Shown: positions 38,016 to 47,552 of the stretch, in pieces
Layout of the letters: every line of letters begins with the position of its first letter
Numbering within the stretch: position 1 is the stretch's first letter
Source: a virus
Taxonomy: Duplodnaviria > Caudoviricetes
Direction: 5' to 3' (one strand)
Length of the DNA: 59,312 bases
Virus record (IMG/VR): IMGVR_UViG_3300008267_011718
Coordinates: 1 to 59,312 of that record
Notes under the pieces: generated by a model
Databases searched by the model: none
What the model was told of the DNA's origin: nothing
Seen by the model: only the letters and a program-made list of their open reading frames with translations
Position numbers and translations under genes: made by a program

Positions 38016-38703
38016 TTTTTATATATTTAATTTGTCCGTCGTTCCACTCTATTTTAAATTCTTCATATTTATTTTTAAATCTTTTTAGATTACTAACTAC
38101 TTGTTTTGTATTTAAGCCTGTTATTTCTCTTATGTAAAGATAAATAGCTTTCTTATTAAAAATTTCTATATTGTCTTTTTCACTAAATAATATTTGTATA
38201 GCTTTATAAACTTTGGCTTCATTGCTTTTCATTTTCTTATTTTCCCAATTAGCCATATCTTTTTTTAAAGCCAACCAAAATTCAATTTTTTCTCTTTCTT
38301 CAATATACGTATCTTCATAAATTAATTCATCTGTTTCACCAGACACAAGGAGATCTTCAAGATAAACTTCCTTACGATTACTATTTTTTTTCACTTTATG
38401 TATAAACCAATTTTTGGTTATTACAGAAAAATAGGAAAACGCTTTAGAGCCTTTGGAAGAATCATATTTGTCTAAAATTGTTGTCAACCAAACCTTACAT
38501 TCACTTTTTAAATCATCAATATTAGGCAGTGTGTTAAATTTATAAGTAAATACTATTTTATCAACCATTTCGTCAAAAGCTGGCTGAATTAACGTCTCAT
38601 ATAGCTCGTTTTTTCTTTTATGGTCTAATATTGTTGAATATTCTAAAATCGCATTTTCATGCAATTTTGTAAAATATTGATCTTTTTCTTTGTTATCGCT
38701 CAA
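37999..38703 (-). CDS. Phage sigma-factor-like protein (sigma70 region 2-like; candidate late sigma)
   Basis: DDLKSEC...L...LDKYD.SKGSKAFSYFSVITKNWF; C-terminal HTH-like YIREITGLNTKQV. Confidence 0.7.
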   Translation of the reverse strand: MSDNKEKDQYFTKLHENAILEYSTILDHKRKNELYETLIQPAFDEMVDKIVFTYKFNTLPNIDDLKSECKVWLTTILDKYDSSKGSKAFSYFSVITKNWFIHKVKKNSNRKEVYLEDLLVSGETDELIYEDTYIEEREKIEFWLALKKDMANWENKKMKSNEAKVYKAIQILFSEKDNIEIFNKKAIYLYIREITGLNTKQVVSNLKRFKNKYEEFKIEWNDGQIKYIKSENEK

Positions 38704-38980
38704 TTTCTTCTTGACCTTCTTTTTCTATGATAGTATTTTTATATGCCTTACAAGCCTCTATAACTATTTTTGTATTAGCTATTGCTGCTTTTATTGTATC
38801 GTCGCCATAATATTCTTGTAGTTCATAAACATTTTCAAGACCAGAACTATATTCATTTAAAAGTTCTTGTAGTTGATCAATATTATCTACACCATAAGAG
38901 AGCTTTTGTACTATTTTTCTAATGTACCATATTAGAACACCATTAAATATTAGTGATAAGAGCAGTAAGAATTCAATCAT
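38693..38980 (-). CDS. Small membrane-anchored protein
   Basis: N-terminal hydrophobic helix MIEFLLLLSLIFNGVLIWYI followed by a coiled coil. Confidence 0.7.
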   Translation of the reverse strand: MIEFLLLLSLIFNGVLIWYIRKIVQKLSYGVDNIDQLQELLNEYSSGLENVYELQEYYGDDTIKAAIANTKIVIEACKAYKNTIIEKEGQEEIER

Positions 38981-39237
38981 TATTTATAGTCTCTTTTCTT
39001 TAAAGCTTCTTGCTGATCTAAAAGAAGTTTTCTATTATCTTCTATTGCTTTTTCAACACGTTCGCCAGCTAAATCTCTATCAGACTTTTGTTTATTATAA
39101 GACGTTAAAAGAGAAGGCACTTTCTCTAAAGTATCTTTACCGCTGCAATGTTCACAATCATGCAACTGCTCTGTTATACTATGCATAGTTTTGAACTTTT
39201 TTTCACAAAACTTGCATTTGTATTCATACATAGGCAT
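38980..39237 (-). CDS. FmdB-family zinc ribbon protein
   Basis: MPMYEYKCKFC...CEHC signature. Confidence 0.8.
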   Translation of the reverse strand: MPMYEYKCKFCEKKFKTMHSITEQLHDCEHCSGKDTLEKVPSLLTSYNKQKSDRDLAGERVEKAIEDNRKLLLDQQEALKKRDYK

Positions 39238-39241
39238 GCTT

Positions 39242-39424
39242 TTATTCCTCTACTGGTTGATCACTAAACAATATTTGCTTTGGAGGATTAGTAACAACTA
39301 ATTCTTCATTTGGATCTTGTATAAACTCAAAGCCTTTTAGTACTGGAACAATATCTGCTTGTTCCATCAAAGACTTTTGTAAGGCTACCATTACACAACT
39401 AAGAGCTTGATCTGATAATTTCAT
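39242..39424 (-). CDS. Hypothetical protein
   Basis: MKLSDQALSCVMVALQKSL...; ATG overlaps the upstream TGA, GGAG RBS. Confidence 0.7.
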   Translation of the reverse strand: MKLSDQALSCVMVALQKSLMEQADIVPVLKGFEFIQDPNEELVVTNPPKQILFSDQPVEE

Positions 39425-39843
39425 TTGTTTTCTCCATGCATGCTTTCGCATATTAATTTTTTATATTTTGTAGTTGACCAGCCATGAGATCTATCAAGGT
39501 ATTTTATTTGTTTAGTAAGCTCTTGGCCTGTCGCATACTTATTTTTATAATCATCACCTAAAATTCTAACATCTATTTTATTATTTTTTAATATTTCTTC
39601 TAAATCTTTTTCTGTTGTATATCTTAAAACCTCATTAATGTACTTAATTGATAATAATATTTCTTCTCTTTCTTCAAAAGTTAATATTGGCTTACATTTT
39701 TCAGGCCTTTCAACAGTTGGATCTGTTTGTAGAGCTACAATTAGATAATCACAATATTCTTTTGCTTGCTTAAACATTGCAATATAGCCTGGATGTATAA
39801 CATCAAAAGATCCAGCTATAATACCTATTTTAACTTCTATCAT
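39421..39843 (-). CDS. Cytidylyltransferase-like protein (TagD/RfaE family)
   Basis: AGSFDVIHPGY (HIGH variant), YLIVAL.TD, ER...L, LGDDY, WSTT. Confidence 0.85.
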   Translation of the reverse strand: MIEVKIGIIAGSFDVIHPGYIAMFKQAKEYCDYLIVALQTDPTVERPEKCKPILTFEEREEILLSIKYINEVLRYTTEKDLEEILKNNKIDVRILGDDYKNKYATGQELTKQIKYLDRSHGWSTTKYKKLICESMHGENK

Positions 39844-40660
39844 CTACCGCCGACCTACTGTTAGACCAATCCCAATTTTTTCTTATTTCTTTATTATATT
39901 TCCAGACATCTTCAAAAATTTTTGTGTTTAATTCGTTTTGTCTCATCGTATTTATCAAGGCGTTGATATCTTTTGGAAAGCATGTACCTCCAAAGCCTCT
40001 ATCGCCATCTGGGCCTGGCACTTTTGTATGAGAGGTACCGATACGGCTATCGCTAGTTATACCTTTAATAACATTTTCATAAGATGCATCAATTTTATTG
40101 CACATATCATAAACAAGATTGAAATATGCAACCTTAACAGCTAAAAATGTATTAGAGAAGTATTTAATAGCTTCTGACTCGTCAGAAGTAGTTAGCAAAT
40201 TTTTTGTATTTGGTAATATAGTTTCTAAAAATTCAGCAACAACGATTACATCTTTTATATCACCCCCTACTACATTTCTTTCTGCTTTTTTAAAATCTTC
40301 AACTGCATTTGCAGCTGTTAGGAATTCTGGATTGTGTACAATGCGTAAATCTTTACGCATTTCCTGTATGCGCTTTGTTGTTCCAATTGGCACTGTTGAT
40401 TTGATTATAAAAATTCCATTTAACCAGACAGGTAGTGATTTAAAAAAACCTTCAAGTATAGATAAATTACATTCTCCACCCTCGGCACTTTTCATTGGAG
40501 TAGGCAAACAAACAAATATTAAATCACAACTAACAGTATCGGAAAATGTATTTAATGATCTATTTTCATCTTTATCAAAAACAAAAGTATCATATTTTTC
40601 TTTTATATTTTGATAAACTGCGTTTCCAACAAAACCATTTCCTATGATTCCAATTTTCAT
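39830..40660 (-). CDS. ugd: UDP-glucose/GDP-mannose 6-dehydrogenase family, short form
   Basis: GNGFVG, CLPTP, IKSTVP.GTT, HNPEFL, catalytic GFGGTCFPKD; ends before the C-terminal domain. Confidence 0.85.
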   Translation of the reverse strand: MKIGIIGNGFVGNAVYQNIKEKYDTFVFDKDENRSLNTFSDTVSCDLIFVCLPTPMKSAEGGECNLSILEGFFKSLPVWLNGIFIIKSTVPIGTTKRIQEMRKDLRIVHNPEFLTAANAVEDFKKAERNVVGGDIKDVIVVAEFLETILPNTKNLLTTSDESEAIKYFSNTFLAVKVAYFNLVYDMCNKIDASYENVIKGITSDSRIGTSHTKVPGPDGDRGFGGTCFPKDINALINTMRQNELNTKIFEDVWKYNKEIRKNWDWSNSRSAVDDRS

Positions 40661-40661
40661 C

Positions 40662-41594
40662 TTATTTCCTTAAAGCTTCTAAAATTAAATCAATCCTATT
40701 TTTTACTAAATGATTTTCTGTTACTTTTTTATAGAGATTATTTGCTAATTTATTTCTGTATTCTTCATCGTGTAAAAGTTTATTTATCTTACTAATACAC
40801 TCTGTTTCATTACTATAATAACAGATATCTTCATCTTCTTTAAATAAATCATATATACCAGTTTCTTTTGATATTCTGTTAGTTATAACTGCGTTCTTAC
40901 AACCACCACCCTCAAAGATTCTTCTAGTTATCTCATCCCATCTAGCATATTGAAAAACGACAGTTCCTGAGTTGTAAAAAGCATTGTTTTCTTCATTTTG
41001 TATTCTTTTATTTAAGAATTTTTTATTTAAGAATTTTGGTAATATATTTGTATATGGTGGTCTATCACCACAAGTTGTTAAACAGATATTTTCTCTTGGA
41101 ACATCTTTATTATAATAAAAAATTGATTCATCACACCAATGAGTCATCCAAAAAGAATTATATCCTTTGGATTTATAAATATCATGACATCTTAGATCCG
41201 GTGTAAAAATAGCATCAACAAAATTTATTCTTTGTTGGTTATGAAGAAAAGTTTGAGGCTCATCGCCTAACTCAAGAAATAATTTTGTTTTTGTATTATT
41301 CTTTAAAGATTGTAATTCGCTATCAAATCTTTTAGAAGCTCCAGCATAAAAAAACAAAATTAAATCATATTGATTTGCTGTATCTTTTAAAGAAAAAAAA
41401 TTGTAGTTTAAAGGATCAGATAAATAATTTTGCTTTGTTTTATATTCTATTAATGCATCAAAATTACAAGTTTTTGTGTCTAAATAAAAACTATCAACTT
41501 TATTATTTGAATTGATGAACCCTTGTTCTATACCTTTAGGAGTTGACCATTCATTTTTATAAAAATCATACTGATAAACTATCGCTATATTCAT
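40662..41594 (-). CDS. Glycosyltransferase (CgeB / Glyco_trans_1_2-like)
   Basis: C-terminal RIFEGGGC...ITN....YDLF.EDEDI.YY......KI..LL.DEEYR..LA...Y..V...H...NR. Confidence 0.75.
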   Translation of the reverse strand: MNIAIVYQYDFYKNEWSTPKGIEQGFINSNNKVDSFYLDTKTCNFDALIEYKTKQNYLSDPLNYNFFSLKDTANQYDLILFFYAGASKRFDSELQSLKNNTKTKLFLELGDEPQTFLHNQQRINFVDAIFTPDLRCHDIYKSKGYNSFWMTHWCDESIFYYNKDVPRENICLTTCGDRPPYTNILPKFLNKKFLNKRIQNEENNAFYNSGTVVFQYARWDEITRRIFEGGGCKNAVITNRISKETGIYDLFKEDEDICYYSNETECISKINKLLHDEEYRNKLANNLYKKVTENHLVKNRIDLILEALRK

Positions 41595-42477
41595 TCATAT
41601 AATCCTCTAGCTTTATTTTAGGTTGCCAGCCTAAAATATTTTTTGCTTTTGAAGCGTCTGCTAAAGTTACTCTTGATTCACCTACTCTTGGTGGGATAAA
41701 TTCATGTTCACCTTTCAACATCCTAACTAAATCTAAAACACTATGGTTTACTCCAGTGCCAATATTAAATATCTCTCCAAGACAATCTTTTTTGTCGCAA
41801 AAAGCCGCAAGTATATTGGCATCTACTACATCGTTAACATGCGTAAAATCTCTTCTTTGCTCACCATCGCCAACGACTGTCATTTTCTTACCTTCAAGTT
41901 TTTGCTTCTTAAATAGACCGATTACTGGAGCGTATTGTCCTTTTGTTGGTTGTCTTGGCCCGTATACATTAAAATATCTGAAAACAACTGTTTCTAAACC
42001 AAATAGTTTTGTGTACATTTGACATAGTTCCTCCCCCGCTGTCTTAGAGACTGAATACGGGTTTAGACAATCTTTTGTCATTGTCTCTATAAGAGGTGGC
42101 TCGTTTTTTAATCCATAGGCTGAAGATGTTGATGAGTAGATAACTCTTTTTACTCCACATTCTCTTGCCGCTTGTAAAACGTTACAAGTACCTACAGCAT
42201 TTACAATAACTGCCTTTATCGGATTTAATATGGCTGGTTGTATTCTTGCTTCCGCAGCGAGGTGAAAAACAATATCTACTTCGTACATTGCTTTTTTTAG
42301 TTCTTCATAATCACAAATGTCTAGATTATAATTTATTGTTTTTGGATTCCAATAAAATTGTTCATGCGCGTCAGATGATTCATTATCAACCACGACAACT
42401 TTATGGCCTTGCTTGACGAGATAATCAACAATATTTGATCCTATAAAACCAGCGCCACCAGTAACTAAAAACTTCAT
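41566..42477 (-). CDS. NAD-dependent nucleotide-sugar epimerase/dehydratase (GalE/WbpP-like)
   Basis: TGGAGFIGS, FHLAA, SSTSSAYG, YSVSK, RYFNVYGP, GDGEQRRDF. Confidence 0.9.
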   Translation of the reverse strand: MKFLVTGGAGFIGSNIVDYLVKQGHKVVVVDNESSDAHEQFYWNPKTINYNLDICDYEELKKAMYEVDIVFHLAAEARIQPAILNPIKAVIVNAVGTCNVLQAARECGVKRVIYSSTSSAYGLKNEPPLIETMTKDCLNPYSVSKTAGEELCQMYTKLFGLETVVFRYFNVYGPRQPTKGQYAPVIGLFKKQKLEGKKMTVVGDGEQRRDFTHVNDVVDANILAAFCDKKDCLGEIFNIGTGVNHSVLDLVRMLKGEHEFIPPRVGESRVTLADASKAKNILGWQPKIKLEDYMNEYSDSLSV

Positions 42478-42478
42478 A

Positions 42479-43405
42479 TCATACTCCTCTTATGTTTGGA
42501 TAATTTTGCTTAAACCAATCACAGGTTTTTTTTAGCCCTATTTCAACTGGCGTGTACATTTCATCACGCCAACCTAATTCAATAAATTTTTTATTTGAGC
42601 TGGGTTTTCTGACCTGGCCTTTTGGTTTACTTGTATCAAAAACAATTTCGCCTCTATAATCTAATTGTTTGCAAATTATTTCTATAATTTGTTTTAGCTT
42701 ATATTCTTTTATTGAGCCAATATTAATTGGGTTTTCCGACTTGTAATGCTCTAAAGAAAAAATTATAGCATTAGCTATGTCTTCCGCGTATGTGAATTCT
42801 CTATAAACTTCTCCATCGCCCCAAACTTCAAATGTTGGTTTGTTGTTTATTTTTGCTTCCCAAATTTTTCTTATAAGCGACGGAATTACGTGACCATTTT
42901 CTAGATCAAAATTATCATGTTCCCCATACATATTATTTGGTATCACTGATATGTATTCGTGTCCATATTGTTGATTTGCCGCTCTTAATTGAACATCTAC
43001 CATGCGCTTTGCATATGCATAACCAAAGTTTGAATCATGCGGTGGCCCATTATGTAATTGGTCTTCAGTAAGCGGATACGTTACATATTTTTCATCTGGA
43101 TATACACAGGTTGATAAACAACAAACTAATTTTGGTACTTTATATTTTATGCAAGCATCAATAATGTTATTATTTATCAACGAATTTTCAGAGTAGAAAT
43201 CTGATACTTTTTCAGTATTAGCTTTAACGCCACCGACTTTACCGGCTAAATGTATAACAGATTGAGGTCTAAAACTATAAAAATAATGAAATACCTCTTT
43301 CCTGTCTTTTAGGTCTATTGCTTCTTTTGTTGGATATCTTGCTTCAGGTAATATTTTTTTAAAAGCGTTTCCCAATAAACCATTACCACCAGTTACTAAT
43401 ATCAT
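42479..43405 (-). CDS. fcl: GDP-L-fucose synthase
   Basis: HLAGKVGGV.AN, LSTCVYP, PH.SN.GYAYAKR, NMYGEHDNF, HVIPSLI, WGDG..YREF. Confidence 0.9.
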   Translation of the reverse strand: MILVTGGNGLLGNAFKKILPEARYPTKEAIDLKDRKEVFHYFYSFRPQSVIHLAGKVGGVKANTEKVSDFYSENSLINNNIIDACIKYKVPKLVCCLSTCVYPDEKYVTYPLTEDQLHNGPPHDSNFGYAYAKRMVDVQLRAANQQYGHEYISVIPNNMYGEHDNFDLENGHVIPSLIRKIWEAKINNKPTFEVWGDGEVYREFTYAEDIANAIIFSLEHYKSENPINIGSIKEYKLKQIIEIICKQLDYRGEIVFDTSKPKGQVRKPSSNKKFIELGWRDEMYTPVEIGLKKTCDWFKQNYPNIRGV

Positions 43406-44521
43406 TTAAACCTCATTTTCACAATATTTTAAAATTTTTTCAGATATGTAGTCTATTTCATCTTTTTTCAATGAAGGACTTGATGGTAATATTACTATTT
43501 CTTTTAATAAAATTTCAGCTTCTAGTTCTTTATCTTTATTAGAATATTTTTTTAAGTGTTCGTGATAAGACATTGGATAAAACATATTTCTTGTTTCTAT
43601 TCCGTTTTTTAGAAAAAAATCATTTGAATTTTGAAAATTTTTATTATTTAAAATTCTTATAGAAAACATCCATAAAGCATTTTCACAATTTTCTTCTTCA
43701 AATTGAAAAATTATTTTTCTATTATTTTTTAAATTTTTTTTGTATCTATTAAAAATTATTTTTTTCTTTTTTAATATTTCATCTTTTATTAGTAGCTGCC
43801 CATATAGAATAGCAGCTTGTATATTTGTCATTCTATAGTTGTAACCTAAAACATCGTGAATATATCTTGTTTTAGTTTGTCCTTGGCTGTGAGTTTTTTC
43901 TAGTTTTTCTAAAAGCTCTAAATCGTTTAATATTAAAGCGCCGCCCTCTCCACAAGTTATAGTTTTGTTACCATAAAAAGAAATAGAACTTGCTAAGCAT
44001 TCAGTTCCTGCAAAACTATTCTCATATTTACCAAGAAAACCTTCGCAATTATCTTCAATAACTAAATATTCTGGCAGTCTTCTCTTAATTTCTTTTGTGT
44101 TAATAATTCCACCTAAGTTATGAACAACCAAGATTGCAGTATCTTTAGCGCTTCTCTTATTACACTCTAAAATTATATCTTCTAGATCCATATTCCAAGT
44201 TTTTAAATTTGTTCTGACTGGGATTAAATTAATATTATCGCCATCAAACAGCATAGCATTCCAAGCAGCCACATAAACATTGCAGGGGACAATCAAATTT
44301 TTAATATTAGGATTCTTAAACTTTAAAGCTTTATAAATTAAATGAGTTGAAGTTGTACCATTATTTGTTAAAATATTAGATTTACAATCTAAAATATTGT
44401 TTAATAAATTTTTTGAACAATCTTTAAACTCACCTAAATTTGAAATCCAAGAAGAATCTAACGCTTGATGTGCGAATTTAATTGTTTTTTTTGGAAGATA
44501 TGGTTTATAAATTGGAATCAT
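43406..44521 (-). CDS. DegT/DnrJ PLP aminotransferase, GDP-perosamine synthase-like
   Basis: NNGTT..HL, IEDNCE, SFYGNKTITCGEGG (PLP lysine), GYNYRMTNIQAA, LPSSP. Confidence 0.85.
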   Translation of the reverse strand: MIPIYKPYLPKKTIKFAHQALDSSWISNLGEFKDCSKNLLNNILDCKSNILTNNGTTSTHLIYKALKFKNPNIKNLIVPCNVYVAAWNAMLFDGDNINLIPVRTNLKTWNMDLEDIILECNKRSAKDTAILVVHNLGGIINTKEIKRRLPEYLVIEDNCEGFLGKYENSFAGTECLASSISFYGNKTITCGEGGALILNDLELLEKLEKTHSQGQTKTRYIHDVLGYNYRMTNIQAAILYGQLLIKDEILKKKKIIFNRYKKNLKNNRKIIFQFEEENCENALWMFSIRILNNKNFQNSNDFFLKNGIETRNMFYPMSYHEHLKKYSNKDKELEAEILLKEIVILPSSPSLKKDEIDYISEKILKYCENEV

Positions 44522-44830
44522 TTAGTATGTTTTATGCTTTCTTTGAATATACTTACCGCTATCAAGATCTTCTCCACTTGCGGCATCTTTAATCATTTGT
44601 ACGATTTTTATATCAATTTCATCAATAAGCTGATTTCGTTGAACATTAAGATCGCACGCCTTCTTAAGACATTCCCACAAGCGTATTGCGCCCTCTTCAT
44701 TTTGAAAATATTCTTTTTTATATTCTTCAAAAGTCATTTTTCTAATTTTATATAGCTCTTCCTGATTATTCCACATTTTTGTATCAGCTGTAAAAAGTTT
44801 GTCTACTAAGCTTCCTAATGTATCTGCCAT
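44522..44830 (-). CDS. Small helical protein (DUF4254-like)
   Basis: MADTLGSLVDKL...LNVQRNQLIDEID. Confidence 0.6.
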   Translation of the reverse strand: MADTLGSLVDKLFTADTKMWNNQEELYKIRKMTFEEYKKEYFQNEEGAIRLWECLKKACDLNVQRNQLIDEIDIKIVQMIKDAASGEDLDSGKYIQRKHKTY

Positions 44831-44831
44831 A

Positions 44832-45257
44832 TTATATTTTCCTTTTCATAAAAAAACTGTTTTCATTTTCTTGAAAAACTACAAAATTTTTCTTTTTATA
44901 TAAATTTATAGCCGGTATATTAGACTTATATACCGATAAAAATATTTCATTTATACCATAATTTTTAGCCGTATTTAAAGTTTCTTCTAATAATTTATCA
45001 CCAAGCTTTTTACCTATATAATTTTCTCCAATACAAATTCCAAACCAAACTTTTTCTGAATCTTTGTCTAAATGACTATATCCAGCTAATTCGTCATTAA
45101 AATATAATAAAAAAGTAGCTAAATGTTTTTCAATACATTCAAAGTTTCTTTTTTTAAAATAAGTAAAATTATTTACAGATGAGCCAGCTTTGAGCTCAAA
45201 AAAATTTTTAACTTCGCTTAAGTGTTCTTTTGGATGTATTTTTATAATTTTTATCAT
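44832..45257 (-). CDS. GNAT acetyltransferase
   Basis: YIGKKLGDKLL acetyl-CoA motif, LSVYKSNIPAINLYKK.NF. Confidence 0.85.
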   Translation of the reverse strand: MIKIIKIHPKEHLSEVKNFFELKAGSSVNNFTYFKKRNFECIEKHLATFLLYFNDELAGYSHLDKDSEKVWFGICIGENYIGKKLGDKLLEETLNTAKNYGINEIFLSVYKSNIPAINLYKKKNFVVFQENENSFFMKRKI

Positions 45258-45947
45258 TTAAGTTAAAATCTCCCACTTTTTATTTAGCGAGCTATGATCT
45301 ATTATATTATTTCTTATATTTTTATGTAAAAATAATTTTTTAAAATTAATTGTATGCGTTAAGCAATCCAAAAGGCACAAAACACTACTTGACATACAGT
45401 GTATTTCTTCTGCGTTTTCAAATATTTTTATTAAATTAAAAAGATTTATACTTGGATCATTTTTTATTATTTTAAAATTAGATTGTATATCTATTTTATA
45501 TCCTCTTGATTCATCATCATGCACAAAGATATATTTTTCATTTTTTTCATTTAATTTATTAAATGCTTTTTCTTCTTCTTCTAAATTTCTTTGAAAATAA
45601 AAGCTTGTATATTTTTTTTCATAAGGTAGTTTAGCTATATCATAAAAAATTTGTGAACAACTCTTTTTGCCGTCATCAAATACATTCATCAAGTCATAAC
45701 CTATAATTAATTTTTCCCCTTGATGATACCGCAAAGAATGTACTGTTTCCCATCCGGTATCGTATCCAGTACTGATGACTTCAATTTTTTTATTATCTCT
45801 ATACATATATTTCATTATTTCAAGATAGCTGGGTTTACTATAGACTACCGTCTTATCGTACATACTTGCATAGTGTCTAACTATACCGTTACAGTCTATT
45901 ATGTCACCAAGACCTAAATGATGAAGGATAACTATGTTTTTTTCCAT
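45258..45947 (-). CDS. Putative glycosyltransferase (GT-B-like)
   Basis: HHLGLGD...NGIVR, YIFVHDD, ENAEEIHC..SS; glycan cluster context. Confidence 0.55.
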   Translation of the reverse strand: MEKNIVILHHLGLGDIIDCNGIVRHYASMYDKTVVYSKPSYLEIMKYMYRDNKKIEVISTGYDTGWETVHSLRYHQGEKLIIGYDLMNVFDDGKKSCSQIFYDIAKLPYEKKYTSFYFQRNLEEEEKAFNKLNEKNEKYIFVHDDESRGYKIDIQSNFKIIKNDPSINLFNLIKIFENAEEIHCMSSSVLCLLDCLTHTINFKKLFLHKNIRNNIIDHSSLNKKWEILT

Positions 45948-45960
45948 TACACTTCCAATT

Positions 45961-46587
45961 TTATTTTCTTTTATAAAGTTGATCGTTAACTGTTATTTGA
46001 CCAACAAAAATATAATTAAAGTTAATCATATAATTATATAATTCTTTTCTTCTATGTTCGTCGGATGAAGATTCTAATAATATAAAATTTGGCTTATTTT
46101 TATTTAAATTTAGGCCATTTAAGGCGTTTATCTCATATCCCTCTACATCAAGACTTAAAAAATCAATATCTTTTTTTCTACCTATACTTTCTATTATTTT
46201 TTCAAGAGTCAACGCTTTAACAGGAACAGGAGCTTCATTTGCCCATCTTTCCTCGGAACAAAATTTATTTAGCTCAAAAGAAACTTGACCACATAATGAA
46301 TTTTCATAATCATTTTTGTTAAAAAAACCATCTATTGTTGTTTTTTCATAGTTATCATCAACTAGCGCACAGTTGAAATAATAATTATAAGGCCGATTAG
46401 CGATACATTGTTTGAACATATGGATATTTGGTTCAATTAAAATACCTCGCCAGCCAATATTTTGTAACATTAAAGTGTTGCTTTGCCAAATTCCATTGTT
46501 GGCTCCAGCCTCTATATAAAAACCATTACTAATATGTTTTAAATGTTCAAAAATTATTTGATCTAAATTATAAGGCGAATTTGACAT
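45961..46587 (-). CDS. FkbM-family SAM methyltransferase
   Basis: FYIEAGANNG...SNT, GWRGILIEPN, IDFLSLDVEGYE. Confidence 0.9.
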   Translation of the reverse strand: MSNSPYNLDQIIFEHLKHISNGFYIEAGANNGIWQSNTLMLQNIGWRGILIEPNIHMFKQCIANRPYNYYFNCALVDDNYEKTTIDGFFNKNDYENSLCGQVSFELNKFCSEERWANEAPVPVKALTLEKIIESIGRKKDIDFLSLDVEGYEINALNGLNLNKNKPNFILLESSSDEHRRKELYNYMINFNYIFVGQITVNDQLYKRK

Positions 46588-46589
46588 TT

Positions 46590-47543
46590 TTAATCCAAGA
46601 AAACTCTTTTAAATTCTTTCATTACATTCTCTGGAGTGTATTCGGAAACTAAATTTTTATATTCATTCGGATTATGAGTATTTTTATCAAAATTTACTAA
46701 AATATCATAAAGTTTTTCTGGACTATCGTACCAAATACCTTTATTTTTTAACATATGATGATGGCCTTCGTCAGATCCGCCTACCCAAGAAATAACAGGT
46801 TTTCCTGAAGTTAAAAATTCTCCAATTGATAAGCTGAATATTTCACCTAATAGTCTTCCATGCATCATGGCATCACATGTATTTAAAAAATTAGATTTTT
46901 CTTGCAAGTCATATATTGGGTCTAAATGAATTATATTTGGAAGTTTCATACAGAATGGTTTAGTATTTAGAAATAAAAAATATATAAATTTATTATTTAA
47001 AGCCACTCTTTCAATAGTTTTTTGCACAAATGGAATATTAAATTCATCATAGCCGCCGTGTCTTCCGAATACTATTGCATTTTTTGGAATTTTTAATTGC
47101 TCTCTTAAGCTTTTATTTGCTTGTGGAAGATTAAACATATGAGTCACAAATGGCATTTTTCCGCCAGACATTTTTTTTGCTTCCCATTCAGCTATATAAG
47201 CATAAACATCGCCATGAGGATCATAATTTTGAAAAACAGAATGTACGACACATTTACATTTTTTTGTTATTTTTCCATCAAATTCTCCACCTTTTATCAT
47301 GTAAAGAACATCAATTTTCTCTCTCTCTATTATTGAATCAACTTCACTAAAATTTTCATATTCAAAAACTTCAAATCTATTTTTAAAATTTTTTATACCC
47401 AATTCGTGATTCATGTGGTGATTTTTTTGATAGATTATAACAGATTTATTATTTAATAAAGTTTCATTAAAATGAGCATAATCATAAATTGCTACTGAAG
47501 TGCCTCTTATGCATAATTGATTACTGTGAAAAGCTATTTTCAT
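46590..47543 (-). CDS. Glycosyltransferase (GT4-like)
   Basis: RGTSVAIYDYA, VFGRHGG, CDAMMHGR..GEIFSLSIGEF...KPVI. Confidence 0.75.
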   Translation of the reverse strand: MKIAFHSNQLCIRGTSVAIYDYAHFNETLLNNKSVIIYQKNHHMNHELGIKNFKNRFEVFEYENFSEVDSIIEREKIDVLYMIKGGEFDGKITKKCKCVVHSVFQNYDPHGDVYAYIAEWEAKKMSGGKMPFVTHMFNLPQANKSLREQLKIPKNAIVFGRHGGYDEFNIPFVQKTIERVALNNKFIYFLFLNTKPFCMKLPNIIHLDPIYDLQEKSNFLNTCDAMMHGRLLGEIFSLSIGEFLTSGKPVISWVGGSDEGHHHMLKNKGIWYDSPEKLYDILVNFDKNTHNPNEYKNLVSEYTPENVMKEFKRVFLD

Positions 47544-47552
47544 ATTTTTTTC

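Noticed and set aside
41006-41035. 15-bp tandem duplication TTTTATTTAAGAATT x2 (KFLNK KFLNK)
   Set aside because: Two in-frame copies in AT-rich coding DNA; no evidence of function
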